A DNA stretch of 62,767 bases from Pseudomonadota bacterium (GTDB taxonomy: Bacteria > Pseudomonadota > Gammaproteobacteria > Francisellales > CACEW01): contig JAJZUD010000002.1 of the NCBI GenBank assembly GCA_021848625.1, positions 1-62,767 of the forward strand. Reading direction: 5' to 3'. A program made the position numbers and the translations under genes. The first letter of the stretch is position 1. Each line of letters starts with the position of its first letter. Below, piece by piece: positions 8,112 to 19,411 of this stretch. Under the pieces are notes generated by a model. It saw nothing but the letters and a program-made list of their open reading frames with translations, ran no database searches and was not told where the DNA came from.

Positions 8112-8533
8112 GTTTTGCTTAAAAATTCTTTCCCCAAAAGCATTCTAAAATTGAGCTCAGAGCGATCAGTCAGAGTGAGCTCCGTTTGCAGATGATGTGT
8201 ACCTAAGACCAATTCTGTCTCAATGACGTAACGCCGCTCATGCTGGCCGTTGGAGCTGCGCACTACGCGATAGTCGATGATCGGTGCGGTGCAAGCGAGG
8301 GCGACGCTCTCATCAAATTGCAGCGGGTGAGTCACAAAGCGCACATGAATATGACCATGATACAAAAAAGGCTCAATTTCAACGGCATGAATGCAAGAGG
8401 TATCTGCTCCGGTATCCACTTTGGCAACAATGCGTGAAATATTGAACTCAGGCAAGGCGCAATGCTCCTTCCAACCAACTAGGATTTTCCCCTTCGCTGG
8501 CGAAGAACCTTTCTGGTTGGACAGTTTTTTCAA
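8039..8533 (-). CDS. retropepsin-like aspartic peptidase family protein (COG4067/DUF785), the usual rimK partner
   Basis: GWKEHCALPEF...AKVDTGADTSCIHA motif. Immediately downstream of rimK. The 3' end overlaps the rsgA start by 73 nt. Confidence 0.7.
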   Translation of the reverse strand: MKKLSNQKGSSPAKGKILVGWKEHCALPEFNISRIVAKVDTGADTSCIHAVEIEPFLYHGHIHVRFVTHPLQFDESVALACTAPIIDYRVVRSSNGQHERRYVIETELVLGTHHLQTELTLTDRSELNFRMLLGKEFLSKTCLIDVGKKFCQDKLSANMAKRLK

Positions 8534-8535
8534 GA

Positions 8536-9441
8536 TTAACCTTCAAACTTGCGTGAAGAGCGCGTGCAGCATTTATTTTGCTCGATGTAACGGATAATGA
8601 GATCAGCAATGTCTTTTTTGGTGGTGTTTTCGATCCCTTCTAATCCTGGGGAAGAATTGACCTCCATCACCAGCGGGCCGCGGCTAGAGCGTAGCAAATC
8701 AACACCCGCCAAATGCAGACCCATAACTTTTGCCGAAGCAATAGCAGTTTCGCGTTCTTGCTTAGTGATTTTAACAGGAACACCATGGCCACCGCGGTGG
8801 ATATTAGAACGAAACTCTCCAACTGGTGCCTGGCGTTTCATGGCAGCGACGACTTTATTGCCGACCACAAAACAGCGGATATCTGCACCATTGGATTCTT
8901 TGATATATTCTTGGATTAAAAAATTGACCTTGAGGCCATAAAAAGCTTCGATGACGCTCTCCGCTGCTTTTTTAGTTTCAGCCAGCACCACCCCGATGCC
9001 TTGTGTCCCCTCTAAAAGCTTAATCACCAAAGGCGCACCCCCCACCATGCGAATTAAATCTTTTAATTCTCGACCGCCATGCGCAAAGACCGTAATTGGC
9101 AAACCAATCCCTTTGCGTGCTAATAATTGTAGGGCTCGAAGTTTATCACGAGAGCGTGTAATGGCGATCGAGGAGTTAATCGAATAAATATTGGTCGTTT
9201 CAAACTGACGTAGCACCGAACAGCCGTAAAAGGTATTGGAGGCGCCAATACGCGGGATAATTGCATCATAGGCAGGCAGTTGCTTGCCCTGATAAAAAAG
9301 CGCTGAGTCCTTCGAGTTGATATTCATATAACAATGCAAATAATTAATCAACTCTACGGTGTGGCCCCGTGCTTGTCCCGCTTCAATCAACCGCTTTGTC
9401 GAGTAGGCATCGGGCGCACGGGACAAAATGCCAATGCGCAT
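8536..9441 (-). CDS. rimK: ribosomal protein S6 L-glutamate ligase (ATP-grasp)
   Basis: MRIGILSR...STKRL..A...GH; ATP-grasp motifs; full-length similarity to RimK by recall. Confidence 0.9.
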   Translation of the reverse strand: MRIGILSRAPDAYSTKRLIEAGQARGHTVELINYLHCYMNINSKDSALFYQGKQLPAYDAIIPRIGASNTFYGCSVLRQFETTNIYSINSSIAITRSRDKLRALQLLARKGIGLPITVFAHGGRELKDLIRMVGGAPLVIKLLEGTQGIGVVLAETKKAAESVIEAFYGLKVNFLIQEYIKESNGADIRCFVVGNKVVAAMKRQAPVGEFRSNIHRGGHGVPVKITKQERETAIASAKVMGLHLAGVDLLRSSRGPLVMEVNSSPGLEGIENTTKKDIADLIIRYIEQNKCCTRSSRKFEG

Positions 9442-9455
9442 GAGAGGTCCCCTTT

Positions 9456-11678
9456 TTATTGTTTGCGTTGATAATATTGTGCATAACGTCCGTAAGAATG
9501 TCCATACTTGGATGTTTGTTCATGCATTTTTTTAGCAAAATTAAAGAGCACGCCATTAATCTTCACGCCATCGTTGTAGAAGCGGCGTACTGCAGATTCA
9601 ATTTCGTGGGCTTTGAGTTGGCTGCCAGGAATGACCATGTAGTTGATGCCCGCTTTTTGGGCGATTAAGCTGGCATCGGTCACAACTAAAATAGGTGGCG
9701 CATCAATAATCACGACATCATATTGGCTGGAGAGGATTTGCAGCATTTCACCAAAACGCTCTCCAAGCAGCAATTCTGATGGATTACGGGGGAAGAGCCC
9801 GGTGCTGATAAAATCAAGATTGCCAATTTTAGTCCGACGGACAATTTTTTCAAGCGGATAGACATTTTCCAGTGCTTCGCTCAAGCCGGGTGAGTGGGAA
9901 AGCTCAAAATACTGATTAAGATAGCCACGGCGCATATCCGCATCAATCAGCAAGACGCGTTTGCCACTTTCAGCCAAAATGACAGCCAAGTTGACTGAAA
10001 CAAAAGATTTACCTGTTGCAGGGATGACCCCACCCACAGAAACGATATTGGAGTGATGCTCTTTCATATTGAGTAGCAGGTTCGTGCGTAGACTGCGGAT
10101 AGACTCAACACAAATATCATCAGGCTCAGTTTGAGCCAGGATGGGGATAGACGTTGTTTCTTTTTTGTCAAAAGCTTTTTTAGCGCGAGCTTGGGCTTTG
10201 CTAAAGGGGATAATGGCTAAAGTGCGGATGCCCAGCTCTTTTTCTGCCCAGTAGGGATCGGTGATTCCCCCTTGAACAAAATGTAAAGCTAAGCTGATGA
10301 GCGCACCCACAATGACTCCTGCTAATCCTGAGGCTAGAATAGTCAAGGGGATATGGCTGGGAAGCGGTTCATCAGGGATTTGGGTATAGGTCAAAACATG
10401 AATGTCACTGGTTGTAGCTGCATTGGCAAGAACCGTTTGCTGATATTTAGTGAGCAGTAGTGCATAAATGGCTTGTTGAGCTTTCACATTACGCATGAGG
10501 TCGACAATTTTTTGGTCTTTGAGCGGGAGTGTAGCAAGGGTAGATTGTAGCTGTCCTCTTTGGGCTTCCAGCGTTTGGTTTTCAAGGTTAATATTTTGAA
10601 TGATAGGGTTCTTTTGGGTGTAAATTTGGAGTAACTGCGCCTTATTCATCTGATTGGCAGAAATTTTGCTATCGATGCTGGTAATTTGTTTCAGGACAGT
10701 CTGCGATTGAATGCTGAGACTGGCAATGCCGGTTTTTGCTTGATAGGCGTTTAAGTTGATTTCAGCCGTATTGAGGTTGGTTTGGGTGATGGGAATTTGG
10801 TTTTTGATAAACGTGAGTAATTTTTGATTTTGTGCAGAAGCCGCTTTACTACTTGCATTTACGGTAAAGCCAATCACATAATCGATGATTTTTTTTGCAA
10901 GATCTGGATTGGCAGTGTTCATGCTGAGTTGGATAATGCCTGTTTGCCCAATGCTTCCTCCCCCTTGATCAGGAGGGCTGAGCTCAGTCATTTGCAGGGA
11001 AGTGCTCAAATTGCGGAGCAGTTTGGTCATAGAGGTATTGCTGACATCAAAAACCATTCCAGCAGGCGCGTTCAGGTCAGTGACTAAAATGGACACAGTT
11101 CCATCTGAACTGCTTTCCACTTGCCCTACATGACCTGTTAACACGAGCTGATCGGTTGGGGAAAATAACTGGTAAGAGGAGCTGCTTTTTACAACTAAAG
11201 TATAGGCTTGCATATGCTCATCTGTGGGAGTATTGAAAAGGCTCACATGAATCAGCTTGTGCGCATCCTGGCCAAACCCCATGGCAGCAAGCAGCCCTCC
11301 AATGATGGGAAGGCGTTTGGGCGTCACTTCAATATTCAGCCCCAGTGCGCGAATGACAGGCTCTAAAATATAGGGAGACTGCATCAGCGTCATTTCAATG
11401 TCGGACTGACTCGCGCTTTGATCCATCTGATTAGACATGACTGCGCTAGGCAAATTCATTGAGGAAAGCATATTGTTTTTTTGATCGATTTGAATCAGTG
11501 CAAAGGGTTGATAAATCAAGGGGCTACGTATGGCAACAACACTGCCGATGAGGAGGCCAATGCAGGCCATGACAATCAGAAGCCATTTGCGCGTCAACAA
11601 CACCTGCAGAATCTCCATGACATTAATGGTCTCAGCAAGTTGATTTGACTGTGCTTTGGAGTCAAGCTGTAAATTCAT
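9456..11678 (-). CDS. polysaccharide co-polymerase / tyrosine autokinase (Wzc/Etk-like)
   Basis: N-terminal Wzz-like TM domain and long coiled periplasmic region. C-terminal P-loop [27 protein letters not shown], and a terminal Tyr cluster [13 protein letters not shown]. Confidence 0.85.
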   Translation of the reverse strand: MNLQLDSKAQSNQLAETINVMEILQVLLTRKWLLIVMACIGLLIGSVVAIRSPLIYQPFALIQIDQKNNMLSSMNLPSAVMSNQMDQSASQSDIEMTLMQSPYILEPVIRALGLNIEVTPKRLPIIGGLLAAMGFGQDAHKLIHVSLFNTPTDEHMQAYTLVVKSSSSYQLFSPTDQLVLTGHVGQVESSSDGTVSILVTDLNAPAGMVFDVSNTSMTKLLRNLSTSLQMTELSPPDQGGGSIGQTGIIQLSMNTANPDLAKKIIDYVIGFTVNASSKAASAQNQKLLTFIKNQIPITQTNLNTAEINLNAYQAKTGIASLSIQSQTVLKQITSIDSKISANQMNKAQLLQIYTQKNPIIQNINLENQTLEAQRGQLQSTLATLPLKDQKIVDLMRNVKAQQAIYALLLTKYQQTVLANAATTSDIHVLTYTQIPDEPLPSHIPLTILASGLAGVIVGALISLALHFVQGGITDPYWAEKELGIRTLAIIPFSKAQARAKKAFDKKETTSIPILAQTEPDDICVESIRSLRTNLLLNMKEHHSNIVSVGGVIPATGKSFVSVNLAVILAESGKRVLLIDADMRRGYLNQYFELSHSPGLSEALENVYPLEKIVRRTKIGNLDFISTGLFPRNPSELLLGERFGEMLQILSSQYDVVIIDAPPILVVTDASLIAQKAGINYMVIPGSQLKAHEIESAVRRFYNDGVKINGVLFNFAKKMHEQTSKYGHSYGRYAQYYQRKQ

Positions 11679-11700
11679 AATAAAAATATCCCATCCGCGT

Positions 11701-12648
11701 TTAATTGTTGCCCGTAACCAGGGAGTCGGTAAACCACAAAGTTTGAACCGTTGGTAGAATTTGACTCAACACACGATTGAGGCGTGCAATATCCGCAGTG
11801 GAAATATAAACGACATCGTTGTTGATTAAGGGGAAATTCTCCGCATAGAGCATAGACGCTGGAGACTCCATGTTGAGCCAGTAAACCGTGGGGTGAGTGA
11901 GTGAGCTTTGGCGAATGACATAAATCAAGCGCGTATTGGCAGTCGAGAGATTGATCCCACCGGTTTGGGCCAGAGCTGTCGCCAGCGTCATGGGAATGCC
12001 ACCAATCGGTAGAGAGGTCAGGCTGCTCGAGGTGGTCCCGCCCGAGGAGCTGCCTGTGGTGTCGTTCATTTCCCCCAATACAAACACCTGCTGACTGGCA
12101 AATGAAACCACGGTCGTCTGGACGACAGGCGTTTTAATATAAACGGCTAATTTTTGCGCGAGCATTGTATTTGCTTCATCTTCAGTAAGGCCTGCAAGAT
12201 GCACGTCTCCCAAAATGGGGATAAAAACATTGCCATCGCTATTAACAAAATAGCCACCCGTGCTCGTTGCAGAGCTGGCTTTACCCCCCGCTGCTTGGTT
12301 GATGAGTGAGACGGCTTGGTTCGTGTTTTGGACAGGCATTATTGAGCCAACGCCCATTCTTGTTGCGCTACCAGTTAAAGAAACTTGCACCCCTGTCTTG
12401 GTCCAAGCGCTAATATTTAAGCTGTCTCCAGGGCCAATGCGATAGTGATAAGGGTGAAGATCGGCTGAGACCTGCGCAACCAGTGCAGGAGTAATGGGGA
12501 CGATCGTCGGTGTGACGGGGTCAGGGGGAGTGGTATTATTGTAAGCGCCTGGATTTTGCATGGACATGCCCGGCAGAATGGCGCAACCAGTCATCGTCAT
12601 GAAGCCCATTAACAGCGCGAATTGTTTGAGTTTTTTCAATAAAAACAT
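11701..12648 (-). CDS. outer-membrane polysaccharide export protein (Wza-like lipoprotein)
   Basis: Lipobox LMGFMTMTGC; Poly_export motif YRIGPGDSLNISAW; SLBB-like repeats. Confidence 0.8.
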   Translation of the reverse strand: MFLLKKLKQFALLMGFMTMTGCAILPGMSMQNPGAYNNTTPPDPVTPTIVPITPALVAQVSADLHPYHYRIGPGDSLNISAWTKTGVQVSLTGSATRMGVGSIMPVQNTNQAVSLINQAAGGKASSATSTGGYFVNSDGNVFIPILGDVHLAGLTEDEANTMLAQKLAVYIKTPVVQTTVVSFASQQVFVLGEMNDTTGSSSGGTTSSSLTSLPIGGIPMTLATALAQTGGINLSTANTRLIYVIRQSSLTHPTVYWLNMESPASMLYAENFPLINNDVVYISTADIARLNRVLSQILPTVQTLWFTDSLVTGNN

Positions 12649-12692
12649 ACTATCTCACAAATTTTAGCTAACGTATTATAATGGCCTTCAGG

Positions 12693-13487
12693 CTACACCG
12701 CAATAGGCGCCTTGATGCTGGGATGAGCTTCGTAATCGTCAATTTGAAAGTCTTCATAGCGATATTCAAATAACGAATTTGGCTTGCGTAAAATTTTAAG
12801 TTTGGGCAGAGGGAAAGGCTCGCGCAGAATTTGGGTGCGGGCTTGTTCAAGGTGATTGCTGTAGAGGTGTGTGTCTCCTCCGGTCCAAATAAATTCATGC
12901 GCAGTGAGGCCACATTGCTGGGCCACCATTTCCGTCAGAAGTGCGTAGGAGGCAATGTTAAAAGGCAAGCCCAAAAAAACATCGCAACTGCGCTGATAAA
13001 GTTGGCAAGATAAGCCTTTTGCAGACACATAAAACTGAAACAAAGCATGGCAAGGCGGAAGAGCCATTTGTTCGATTTCTCCCGGATTCCAGGCGACCAC
13101 GACCAGGCGCCGGCTATTGGGATTGGCTTTAATTTGGGTCACCACACCAGCAATTTGGTCAATGACTTTCCCATTAGGTGCTTCCCAACGGCGCCATTGC
13201 TTGCCATAAACAGGGCCCAACTCCCCTTCTTCATTCGCCCATTCATCCCAAATGCTCACTCCATTAGCTTGAAGATAACCCACATTGGTGCTGCCACTTA
13301 AAAACCACAATAGTTCGTGAATAATCGAGCGCAGATGTAATTTTTTGGTAGTCACCAAAGGGAAGCCTTCTTGCAAGTTAAAGCGTAGCTGGCGGCCAAA
13401 TACGCTATAAATGCCTGTGCCCGTTCGATCGGCTTTGTATTCGCCGTGTTCCAGAATATCGCGGAGCAAATCGAGATATACTTTCAT
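12693..13487 (-). CDS. thyA: thymidylate synthase
   Basis: [25 protein letters not shown]; active-site ALPPCH; 264 aa, ThyA-typical. Confidence 0.95.
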   Translation of the reverse strand: MKVYLDLLRDILEHGEYKADRTGTGIYSVFGRQLRFNLQEGFPLVTTKKLHLRSIIHELLWFLSGSTNVGYLQANGVSIWDEWANEEGELGPVYGKQWRRWEAPNGKVIDQIAGVVTQIKANPNSRRLVVVAWNPGEIEQMALPPCHALFQFYVSAKGLSCQLYQRSCDVFLGLPFNIASYALLTEMVAQQCGLTAHEFIWTGGDTHLYSNHLEQARTQILREPFPLPKLKILRKPNSLFEYRYEDFQIDDYEAHPSIKAPIAV

Positions 13488-13495
13488 GGTCGTCC

Positions 13496-15190
13496 CTATG
13501 CATGATGCCGTTTTTTAGCCATTTTTTTATGATAGCGGTTCATGACCCACCATTGTTGCAAGACACTGAGGCAGTTATTCACAAGCCAGTATAAAACCAA
13601 GCCAGAAGGAAAGCCTAAGAACATCAGTGTAAAGACAACGGGTAAAAACATCATCATTTTGGCTTGCATGGGGTCCGGAGGTGCAGGATTCAAACGTTGC
13701 TGAATTACCATAGAGAGGCCCATGAGGATTGGCAAAATGTAGTAAGGATCTTTGACCGATAGATCATGAATCCAAAAAATAAAGGGGGATTGCCGCAATT
13801 CAACGCTTTCCATCAATACCCAATAGAGGGCAATAAAAACGGGGATTTGCACCAAAATAGGCAGGCATCCTCCCAGGGGATTCACTTTTTCTTTGCGATA
13901 GAGCTCCATCGTCGCCGTACCGAGTTTTTGTCGATCATCACCGCACTTTTCGCGCAATTCTTTGATTTTGGGTTGGAGTTCGCGCATTTTTGCCATGGAG
14001 AGATAGCTTTTTGCGGATAGAGGAAAGAAAATCAGTTTAATGAGGACGGTGATGAGGATAATCGCAAAGCCCCAGTTCCCCACGTAAGAATAGATCCACT
14101 GCATGACGACAAAAATCGGACCCGAAATAAACCAGAGCCAGCCATAGTCAATGGTTTTGGAAAGATAAGGCGCAACGGTGGAGAGTTGGCTGGTAATCGC
14201 TGGTCCCAGGTAAATTCCAGCTCCGGTGGTCACCGATGCGCCTGGGTTCACACTGACTGTGGGATTGGCAAGGCCAATGCTGTATAAATCTTGGTTCACT
14301 GAGCTAAATTGAGTAATGGTCGTATTGGGCGCCGGGATCAATGCTGTAATAAAATAATGCTGAAGCATGGCCACCCAGCCTGAGGAAACTGTTTGCGAAA
14401 GATTATTTTCGAGCATATCGGCAAACTTAATTTTCTGATAATGATCATCAGGGTAAGAGATGGCTGCCCCGGTGTAGTTGGTGTAGCTATTTAAAAAGCT
14501 AGATTCAGAGGCAGGCACATTGCGGGTGAGTTCGCCATAAAAACGGCCGTTCCAAGTTGTTTTGCCTTGGTTGTGGATGGTATAGGCCACGTTCACGGTG
14601 TAGACATTGGGGAAGAAAGTGTAGGATTTAACGAGGCTCAAGCCCTGTGAGTTGCTCCACGTTAAATTGACGGTTAATTGCCGCTGATCGCCGAGATTAT
14701 AGGAGACTGCGGGGCTGCTAAAGGTAATGGTCGAAGGAAGGCTATTATCATTGGTAACAAGACCGCTTGCAATGATGTAGTAAAGCGAGTTGGGATCTTG
14801 GTTAAGCAGCAAAAAGGGTTGGCTTGAGCCCAGTGCTTGTTTGTAGTCTTTCAATACGGCATAAACAATATTACCACCCACTGGGTTGATTTTGACCTGA
14901 AACAAGGGGGTGTCGACGGTGACTAAATTGGGTGCAGCAGGCGCGGCGGTGCTGTTAGTGAGGGCAGTGGAGGCGCTGTTTGAGGACGGGGTTGTCACTG
15001 GCAAATTTACATTGCCGGGCAAGGTGGTTCCTGTGCTGGCATTCGCATTCGCGGAGCTGGCGGTTGTCGCAGGCTGGGAAGCAGGTGGAGCATTCAGTGC
15101 TTGCCATTTTAAAAATAAGATACTCAGTACAATCAATAGGGCAACATAGAGGGCCGTTCTGATATTTTTCAAGCTAAATAAGTCGTTCAT
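13496..15190 (-). CDS. yidC: membrane protein insertase YidC
   Basis: Large periplasmic P1 domain followed by the conserved 5-TM core ([31 protein letters not shown]). Located downstream of yidD. Confidence 0.95.
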   Translation of the reverse strand: MNDLFSLKNIRTALYVALLIVLSILFLKWQALNAPPASQPATTASSANANASTGTTLPGNVNLPVTTPSSNSASTALTNSTAAPAAPNLVTVDTPLFQVKINPVGGNIVYAVLKDYKQALGSSQPFLLLNQDPNSLYYIIASGLVTNDNSLPSTITFSSPAVSYNLGDQRQLTVNLTWSNSQGLSLVKSYTFFPNVYTVNVAYTIHNQGKTTWNGRFYGELTRNVPASESSFLNSYTNYTGAAISYPDDHYQKIKFADMLENNLSQTVSSGWVAMLQHYFITALIPAPNTTITQFSSVNQDLYSIGLANPTVSVNPGASVTTGAGIYLGPAITSQLSTVAPYLSKTIDYGWLWFISGPIFVVMQWIYSYVGNWGFAIILITVLIKLIFFPLSAKSYLSMAKMRELQPKIKELREKCGDDRQKLGTATMELYRKEKVNPLGGCLPILVQIPVFIALYWVLMESVELRQSPFIFWIHDLSVKDPYYILPILMGLSMVIQQRLNPAPPDPMQAKMMMFLPVVFTLMFLGFPSGLVLYWLVNNCLSVLQQWWVMNRYHKKMAKKRHHA

Positions 15191-15432
15191 CCTAATTCCT
15201 TTCTCACGTTGGATTTGCGGGCAGGGACTTCATCCAGTCCTCCTGGGTGCCAAGGGTGGCATTTTAGCAGACGTTTAACAATAAGCCAAACGGCATAGCA
15301 AGAAGAATGAGTTTGCAAAGCCGACAATGCATAATGACTGCAGCTGGGGTAAAAACGGCAGCGCGGCGCCAGGATTAAGCCAAATGTCCATTGATAGCAA
15401 AAGATCAGGCTTTTTAAGAGGGGCTTAATCAT
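15187..15432 (-). CDS. yidD: membrane protein insertion efficiency factor YidD
   Basis: CRFYPSCSHYA motif; synteny rnpA-yidD-yidC. Confidence 0.9.
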   Translation of the reverse strand: MIKPLLKSLIFCYQWTFGLILAPRCRFYPSCSHYALSALQTHSSCYAVWLIVKRLLKCHPWHPGGLDEVPARKSNVRKELG

Positions 15433-15769
15433 AGATTTTAGCCAAAATTGTATCCAGATCCTGGCGCAAGTCTTGCGCTGAAATGGTTTTTAAATTCCGT
15501 TTGGCGACAATTAAAATCTGTTTTTGGGTCAGAGAATGCTGCTGAAGGCGATAGGATTCGCGGATAATGCGTTTGACCAAATTGCGTTTTACATTGGTAC
15601 CTGTCGCTTTTTTACCGACGACCAAACCAAAACGCTTATAAGTAGTTTCGGCAGAAGGGCTTAGAAAATAAACCATAAAAAAAGAGCCGTGCTTTTTAGA
15701 CCCTGTTTGGAATAGGGTCGTAAAGTCGGCTTTTTTAAATAAAATTGGCTTTGCAAGCTTAAAATGCAA
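15425..15769 (-). CDS. rnpA: ribonuclease P protein component
   Basis: LKKADFTTLF...RFGLVVGKK.GTNVKRNLVKRIIRE matches RnpA. The tracked ORF (to 15868) runs over rpmH in another frame. Likely TTG start at 15769 or ATT at 15775, so the start is uncertain. Confidence 0.8.
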   Translation of the reverse strand: MHFKLAKPILFKKADFTTLFQTGSKKHGSFFMVYFLSPSAETTYKRFGLVVGKKATGTNVKRNLVKRIIRESYRLQQHSLTQKQILIVAKRNLKTISAQDLRQDLDTILAKIYD

Positions 15770-15779
15770 AAGAATGACC

Positions 15780-15914
15780 TTAAACGGCGAGGCGCGCTCT
15801 TCCTTTGGCGCGACGACGGGACAGGACGGCGCGACCATGCTTGGTTGCCATACGGGCCAAGAAGCCATGTTTGCGTTTTTTGACCAAATTATTGGGTTGG
15901 AAAGTTCTTTTCAT
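15780..15914 (-). CDS. rpmH: 50S ribosomal protein L34
   Basis: Not in the ORF track (44 aa). Hand translation of the minus strand gives [44 protein letters not shown]-stop. Confidence 0.95.
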   Translation of the reverse strand: MKRTFQPNNLVKKRKHGFLARMATKHGRAVLSRRRAKGRARLAV

Positions 15915-15992
15915 CGTTAAATCCGCCTTGTTTCATCACGAGCCCGCTATCTTAACCAAAACAAATCGCTTTTGCAAGTAATTTTTTGAGCA

Positions 15993-17456
15993 TTAATGAG
16001 ATTCGTTAATCAGTCGGCGTAACATCGGGATCAGCATAAAAAACAATACCCCACATGCCACAGCGCCCCAGCCCAAAATCTGAAATACATGCGCATAACC
16101 GGGGTTGGTCATCAGCGGATTCAAAGAATTACTACTGCCGCCTGCCCAAGTGGAGGCATAGCTGGATAAGACCCCACCGACTCCGCTGAACAACATCCAG
16201 ACCCCCATCATGATCCCCCCTAATCCAGGGGGTGCAAGCTGACCAATCATGGCATAACCAATTGGGGAAATAAGCAATTCCCCTAAGCTTTGGATGACAT
16301 AGCTCCAAAAAATCCATTGAAAGGAAGACAAGCCATCACTGGGTGCCAAATGAATGCCAATGGGGAGAAGCAAAAAGCCAATCCCAATCAAGAGCAAGGC
16401 ACTTGTAAATTGATGGGGAATGGAGAAGTGAGGGTAGCGAGTACGGATTTTTTTGAGAAAAATAGGCATCGTGGGGCCGCCAAACATGATGACAAACGCA
16501 TTGATATTGAGGATCCATTGTGGTGAGATGGTGAAGCCAAAAACATGACGATTGACGTTATATTCAGCAAAGGTAGTGAGTCCGATCGGTGCAATTTGAT
16601 ACAAAGACCAAAACACAAGTGAACTCAGTACCAAAATAAGGTAGGCAAGCATTTTTTTCTTAAAATGCAGCTCAGGTTGTCGGAGTGCCAGAACAAGCAT
16701 CACCAGGAGAATTACAAAACCAGTGAGCAAGACAATTTCATTGCTTAGATGCGCATGTTTTAAAAGGCAAAGCAAAATGGGGACCATACAAATAACACAA
16801 AAGAAGCCTAAAACAGTCCGCCCTGCGTAGGCTTTAAAGGGCAGCTGAGAGAGGATTGTTTTGCGGTCACGTAGTTTATGCCAATTCACAGCTGTAAGAA
16901 CAATGGCAATGAGATTTCCTGAGGTGCACAACAGAAACAGCATGTGATAGTTATTTTCAAGTTGAAAATAACCCGCAACCGCAAAGCCAATAAAAAAGCC
17001 TAAGTTCATGCCGCTGTAGTTCCACAAAAAAGCTGTTTCACGTCTTTTGTCTTGAGGTGCAAAAAGTTGCGTCAGCATCATGTTGATACAGGTGACATTT
17101 AGCCCGCTGCCAACCAGAAAAAAAGCCATCCCCCAAGTCAAGCTGGCAAAGCTGAGAATAGAAAGGATCACACAACCCACGATCTGCAGCACCATGCCCG
17201 TGACAAAGAGGTTGCGAAAGCTCAGGAGCCGCCCTCCAAAAAAACCGCCCAGCAAGTGCAAGCCGTAGTTAAAAGCGAGAAAAGCACCCAGAATGGCATT
17301 GGCAAGCACCACAGGCAGCTTGAGACCATCCACCATATAAAGCTCCAAAGTGGGATAGAGCATCGCAAAGGCCAGAGTCGCAAAGATTTGGATAAAAAAG
17401 AGGCTTGCTGCTCCTCTGGGAATATTGACAGAGAGTTGATTGAGGGAAAGGGGCAT
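15993..17456 (-). CDS. MFS transporter, proton-dependent oligopeptide transporter (POT)-like
   Basis: About 12-14 TM helices. C-terminal SPIGYAMIGQLAPPGLGGIMMGVWMLFSGVG resembles the DtpA-family motif. Confidence 0.7.
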   Translation of the reverse strand: MPLSLNQLSVNIPRGAASLFFIQIFATLAFAMLYPTLELYMVDGLKLPVVLANAILGAFLAFNYGLHLLGGFFGGRLLSFRNLFVTGMVLQIVGCVILSILSFASLTWGMAFFLVGSGLNVTCINMMLTQLFAPQDKRRETAFLWNYSGMNLGFFIGFAVAGYFQLENNYHMLFLLCTSGNLIAIVLTAVNWHKLRDRKTILSQLPFKAYAGRTVLGFFCVICMVPILLCLLKHAHLSNEIVLLTGFVILLVMLVLALRQPELHFKKKMLAYLILVLSSLVFWSLYQIAPIGLTTFAEYNVNRHVFGFTISPQWILNINAFVIMFGGPTMPIFLKKIRTRYPHFSIPHQFTSALLLIGIGFLLLPIGIHLAPSDGLSSFQWIFWSYVIQSLGELLISPIGYAMIGQLAPPGLGGIMMGVWMLFSGVGGVLSSYASTWAGGSSNSLNPLMTNPGYAHVFQILGWGAVACGVLFFMLIPMLRRLINESH

Positions 17457-17480
17457 AGGCTGGGTTTCCTTCTAAAGGGT

Positions 17481-18458
17481 TCAAATGGAAAATTGACACA
17501 GTTTTTGTAAAGGCTGAAAAAGACGCTGACTGAGGCTCTTTTTTTGCTCGTATTTAATTTGAAAAATGGCACGTCCCGTATGAAATGCTTCCAAAATATA
17601 CGCATCGCTGGTTTTGAGCTCATCAACTAAGTATAGATTTTTTGCTTCTTCTGCCAACCAATGATCTCCTGTCGCGATGGCCTCAACATCTACTTGAGGG
17701 CGCTGACGGCGGATAAATTGTTTAAACTGGGTGTGGATGCTTTCCAATTGCGCTTTCATTTTTTCACGGCCTGCTTCTGTATTTTCGCCAAACAGGCTGA
17801 GCGTGCGTTTATATTCTCCGGCGGTGATTTGTTCAAAATCAACGCCTTTTTCTTTCAAGAGCCGATTAAAATTGGGAAGCTGGGCCACCACTCCAATCGA
17901 GCCAATGATGGCAAAGGGCGCAGCCAGAAGCTGATCGGCCACCACCGCCATGAGATAACCGCCACTTGCTGCTACTTTATCCACAGCAACCGTCAATTTT
18001 AAATTGCGCTCTTTCAGGCGTAGGAGTTGAGACGCGGCATAACCATAACCCTGGACGACCCCACCCGGGCTGTTAATTTTGACTAAAACCTCATCCCCGG
18101 GCTCTGCAATTTCGACAATCGCAGTCACTTCTTTAGCTAGGTTTTCAGCCTCACTGGCTTGCAGATCACCTTCAAAGTTCAACACATATAAGGTGGGCAA
18201 AGACTGGGGTGATTTCGATTTTTTCTTGAGGGCCTTTTTTTTGAGACGTCGGGCCTTTTTATCGAGCACTTCATCCCATAAATCTTGGTTTTGAGCCGCA
18301 ATTTCCTCGCTGAGATTGCGGATCTGCAATTGCCCCTCACGCAGGCGTTGCTTCGCTTTGCCCAATACTCCCAGTATGAATAAAAGGAAAAGGGTAACCA
18401 GCGCTAAAAAGCTTAATAGTTTGAGACTAAACAAGCCCCAGAGTGCCCACCATCCCAT
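17481..18458 (-). CDS. sohB: S49-family peptidase SohB
   Basis: N-terminal TM, coiled linker, then ClpP/crotonase-like S49 core (VAASGGYLMAVVAD...GSIGVVAQ). Confidence 0.85.
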   Translation of the reverse strand: MGWWALWGLFSLKLLSFLALVTLFLLFILGVLGKAKQRLREGQLQIRNLSEEIAAQNQDLWDEVLDKKARRLKKKALKKKSKSPQSLPTLYVLNFEGDLQASEAENLAKEVTAIVEIAEPGDEVLVKINSPGGVVQGYGYAASQLLRLKERNLKLTVAVDKVAASGGYLMAVVADQLLAAPFAIIGSIGVVAQLPNFNRLLKEKGVDFEQITAGEYKRTLSLFGENTEAGREKMKAQLESIHTQFKQFIRRQRPQVDVEAIATGDHWLAEEAKNLYLVDELKTSDAYILEAFHTGRAIFQIKYEQKKSLSQRLFQPLQKLCQFSI

Positions 18459-19079
18459 TTATTGCCTCCTTGTATCATCCTCGCGAACGCGGGGATGGAG
18501 TTTTATTGGACGTTTTAGTTTTTTCTGCCATTGCGTGATTTTAAGTCGACGATGAAAGCAACGCGGTAGCATTCTTTGCATTACACCATCATGGTCGATA
18601 AAAAAATGCTTCATCGCGCCTAAAAAATGCAGGCCAATTAACACCAAGATCACAATGGCTAAGCTAGAATGCAAGTCCCACAGCAGCGGGCCCCAATTTG
18701 AAAGATGGGTCAATCCAGGAAAGGGTAGGTTCAAGGTACCAATACGAGGAGGATGACCAAAGGCAGTGGACATCATCCAGCCGGATAGAGGCATCGCCAG
18801 TAATGTGAAATAAAGCAGCCCTTGCACAGCCCGGGCAAGCGCACGTTCTAGGTTGGTGACGCGAGGAGGCAGTTTAGGCATGGGGTTGCTAACACGCCAT
18901 AGGATACGCAGAATCATCAAGAGTAATACAGAAAGGCCCAGTAATTTATGGATATGAGGTGGAAGGTCAAAATAACCAGACAAAAACATCAGTAGAATTA
19001 AGAGTGCAATCGCCCAGTGGAGGATTTTGGTAACACTGCCAAAGCTGTGAGTGGTATTTTTAAGCACTGGGGACCTCAC
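18459..19079 (-). CDS. cytochrome b561 family protein (CybB-like)
   Basis: 4 TM helices with conserved His (KILHWAIALLIL, HIHKLLG, DLHSSLAIVILVLIGLHFLGAMKH). Confidence 0.8.
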   Translation of the reverse strand: MRSPVLKNTTHSFGSVTKILHWAIALLILLMFLSGYFDLPPHIHKLLGLSVLLLMILRILWRVSNPMPKLPPRVTNLERALARAVQGLLYFTLLAMPLSGWMMSTAFGHPPRIGTLNLPFPGLTHLSNWGPLLWDLHSSLAIVILVLIGLHFLGAMKHFFIDHDGVMQRMLPRCFHRRLKITQWQKKLKRPIKLHPRVREDDTRRQ

Positions 19080-19374
19080 AAATCACTTGGAGTTGATTTT
19101 TTTTGGCAAAGAGCTCCACCTCTTCGTAAATCGCGGGATACTGTGTTTTGAGCTCGATTGCGACCCGTAAGGATTTTATGCCATTCAAAACAATCGGCAT
19201 CAAGAGGGGAGAGTAAATAATACGGCGGTTACGAAAGGTCGATAAGGTCCCAGCCATGCGCTCTGCCCAGTCGCTGGGTTGGAATTTTTTCCCCGTAAGC
19301 GTTTCGCCAACGACAACGAAATCGCCTTCACATAAAATGGTCATAAAAACCTTAAGACTAGATTTGTGCGCCAT
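19060..19374 (-). CDS. DUF3579 family protein
   Basis: GKKFQPSDWAERMAG....F......YSPLLMPIVLNGIKSLRV ... FAKKNQLQV matches my recollection of DUF3579. Confidence 0.6.
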   Translation of the reverse strand: MAHKSSLKVFMTILCEGDFVVVGETLTGKKFQPSDWAERMAGTLSTFRNRRIIYSPLLMPIVLNGIKSLRVAIELKTQYPAIYEEVELFAKKNQLQVICEVPSA

Positions 19375-19411
19375 TATACTGCATAATGGTGGGTCTTGAA
19401 AACCGTTTTTA

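Noticed and set aside
15770-15868. N-terminal extension of the tracked rnpA ORF (147 aa)
   Set aside because: The extension overlaps rpmH (15780-15914) in another frame, and RnpA homologues are about 115-120 aa. It was trimmed to a TTG/ATT start just after rpmH.
16132-17626. Several 60-134-aa ORFs overlapping the POT transporter gene on both strands
   Set aside because: They are shadow ORFs inside a continuous 487-aa polytopic transporter CDS.
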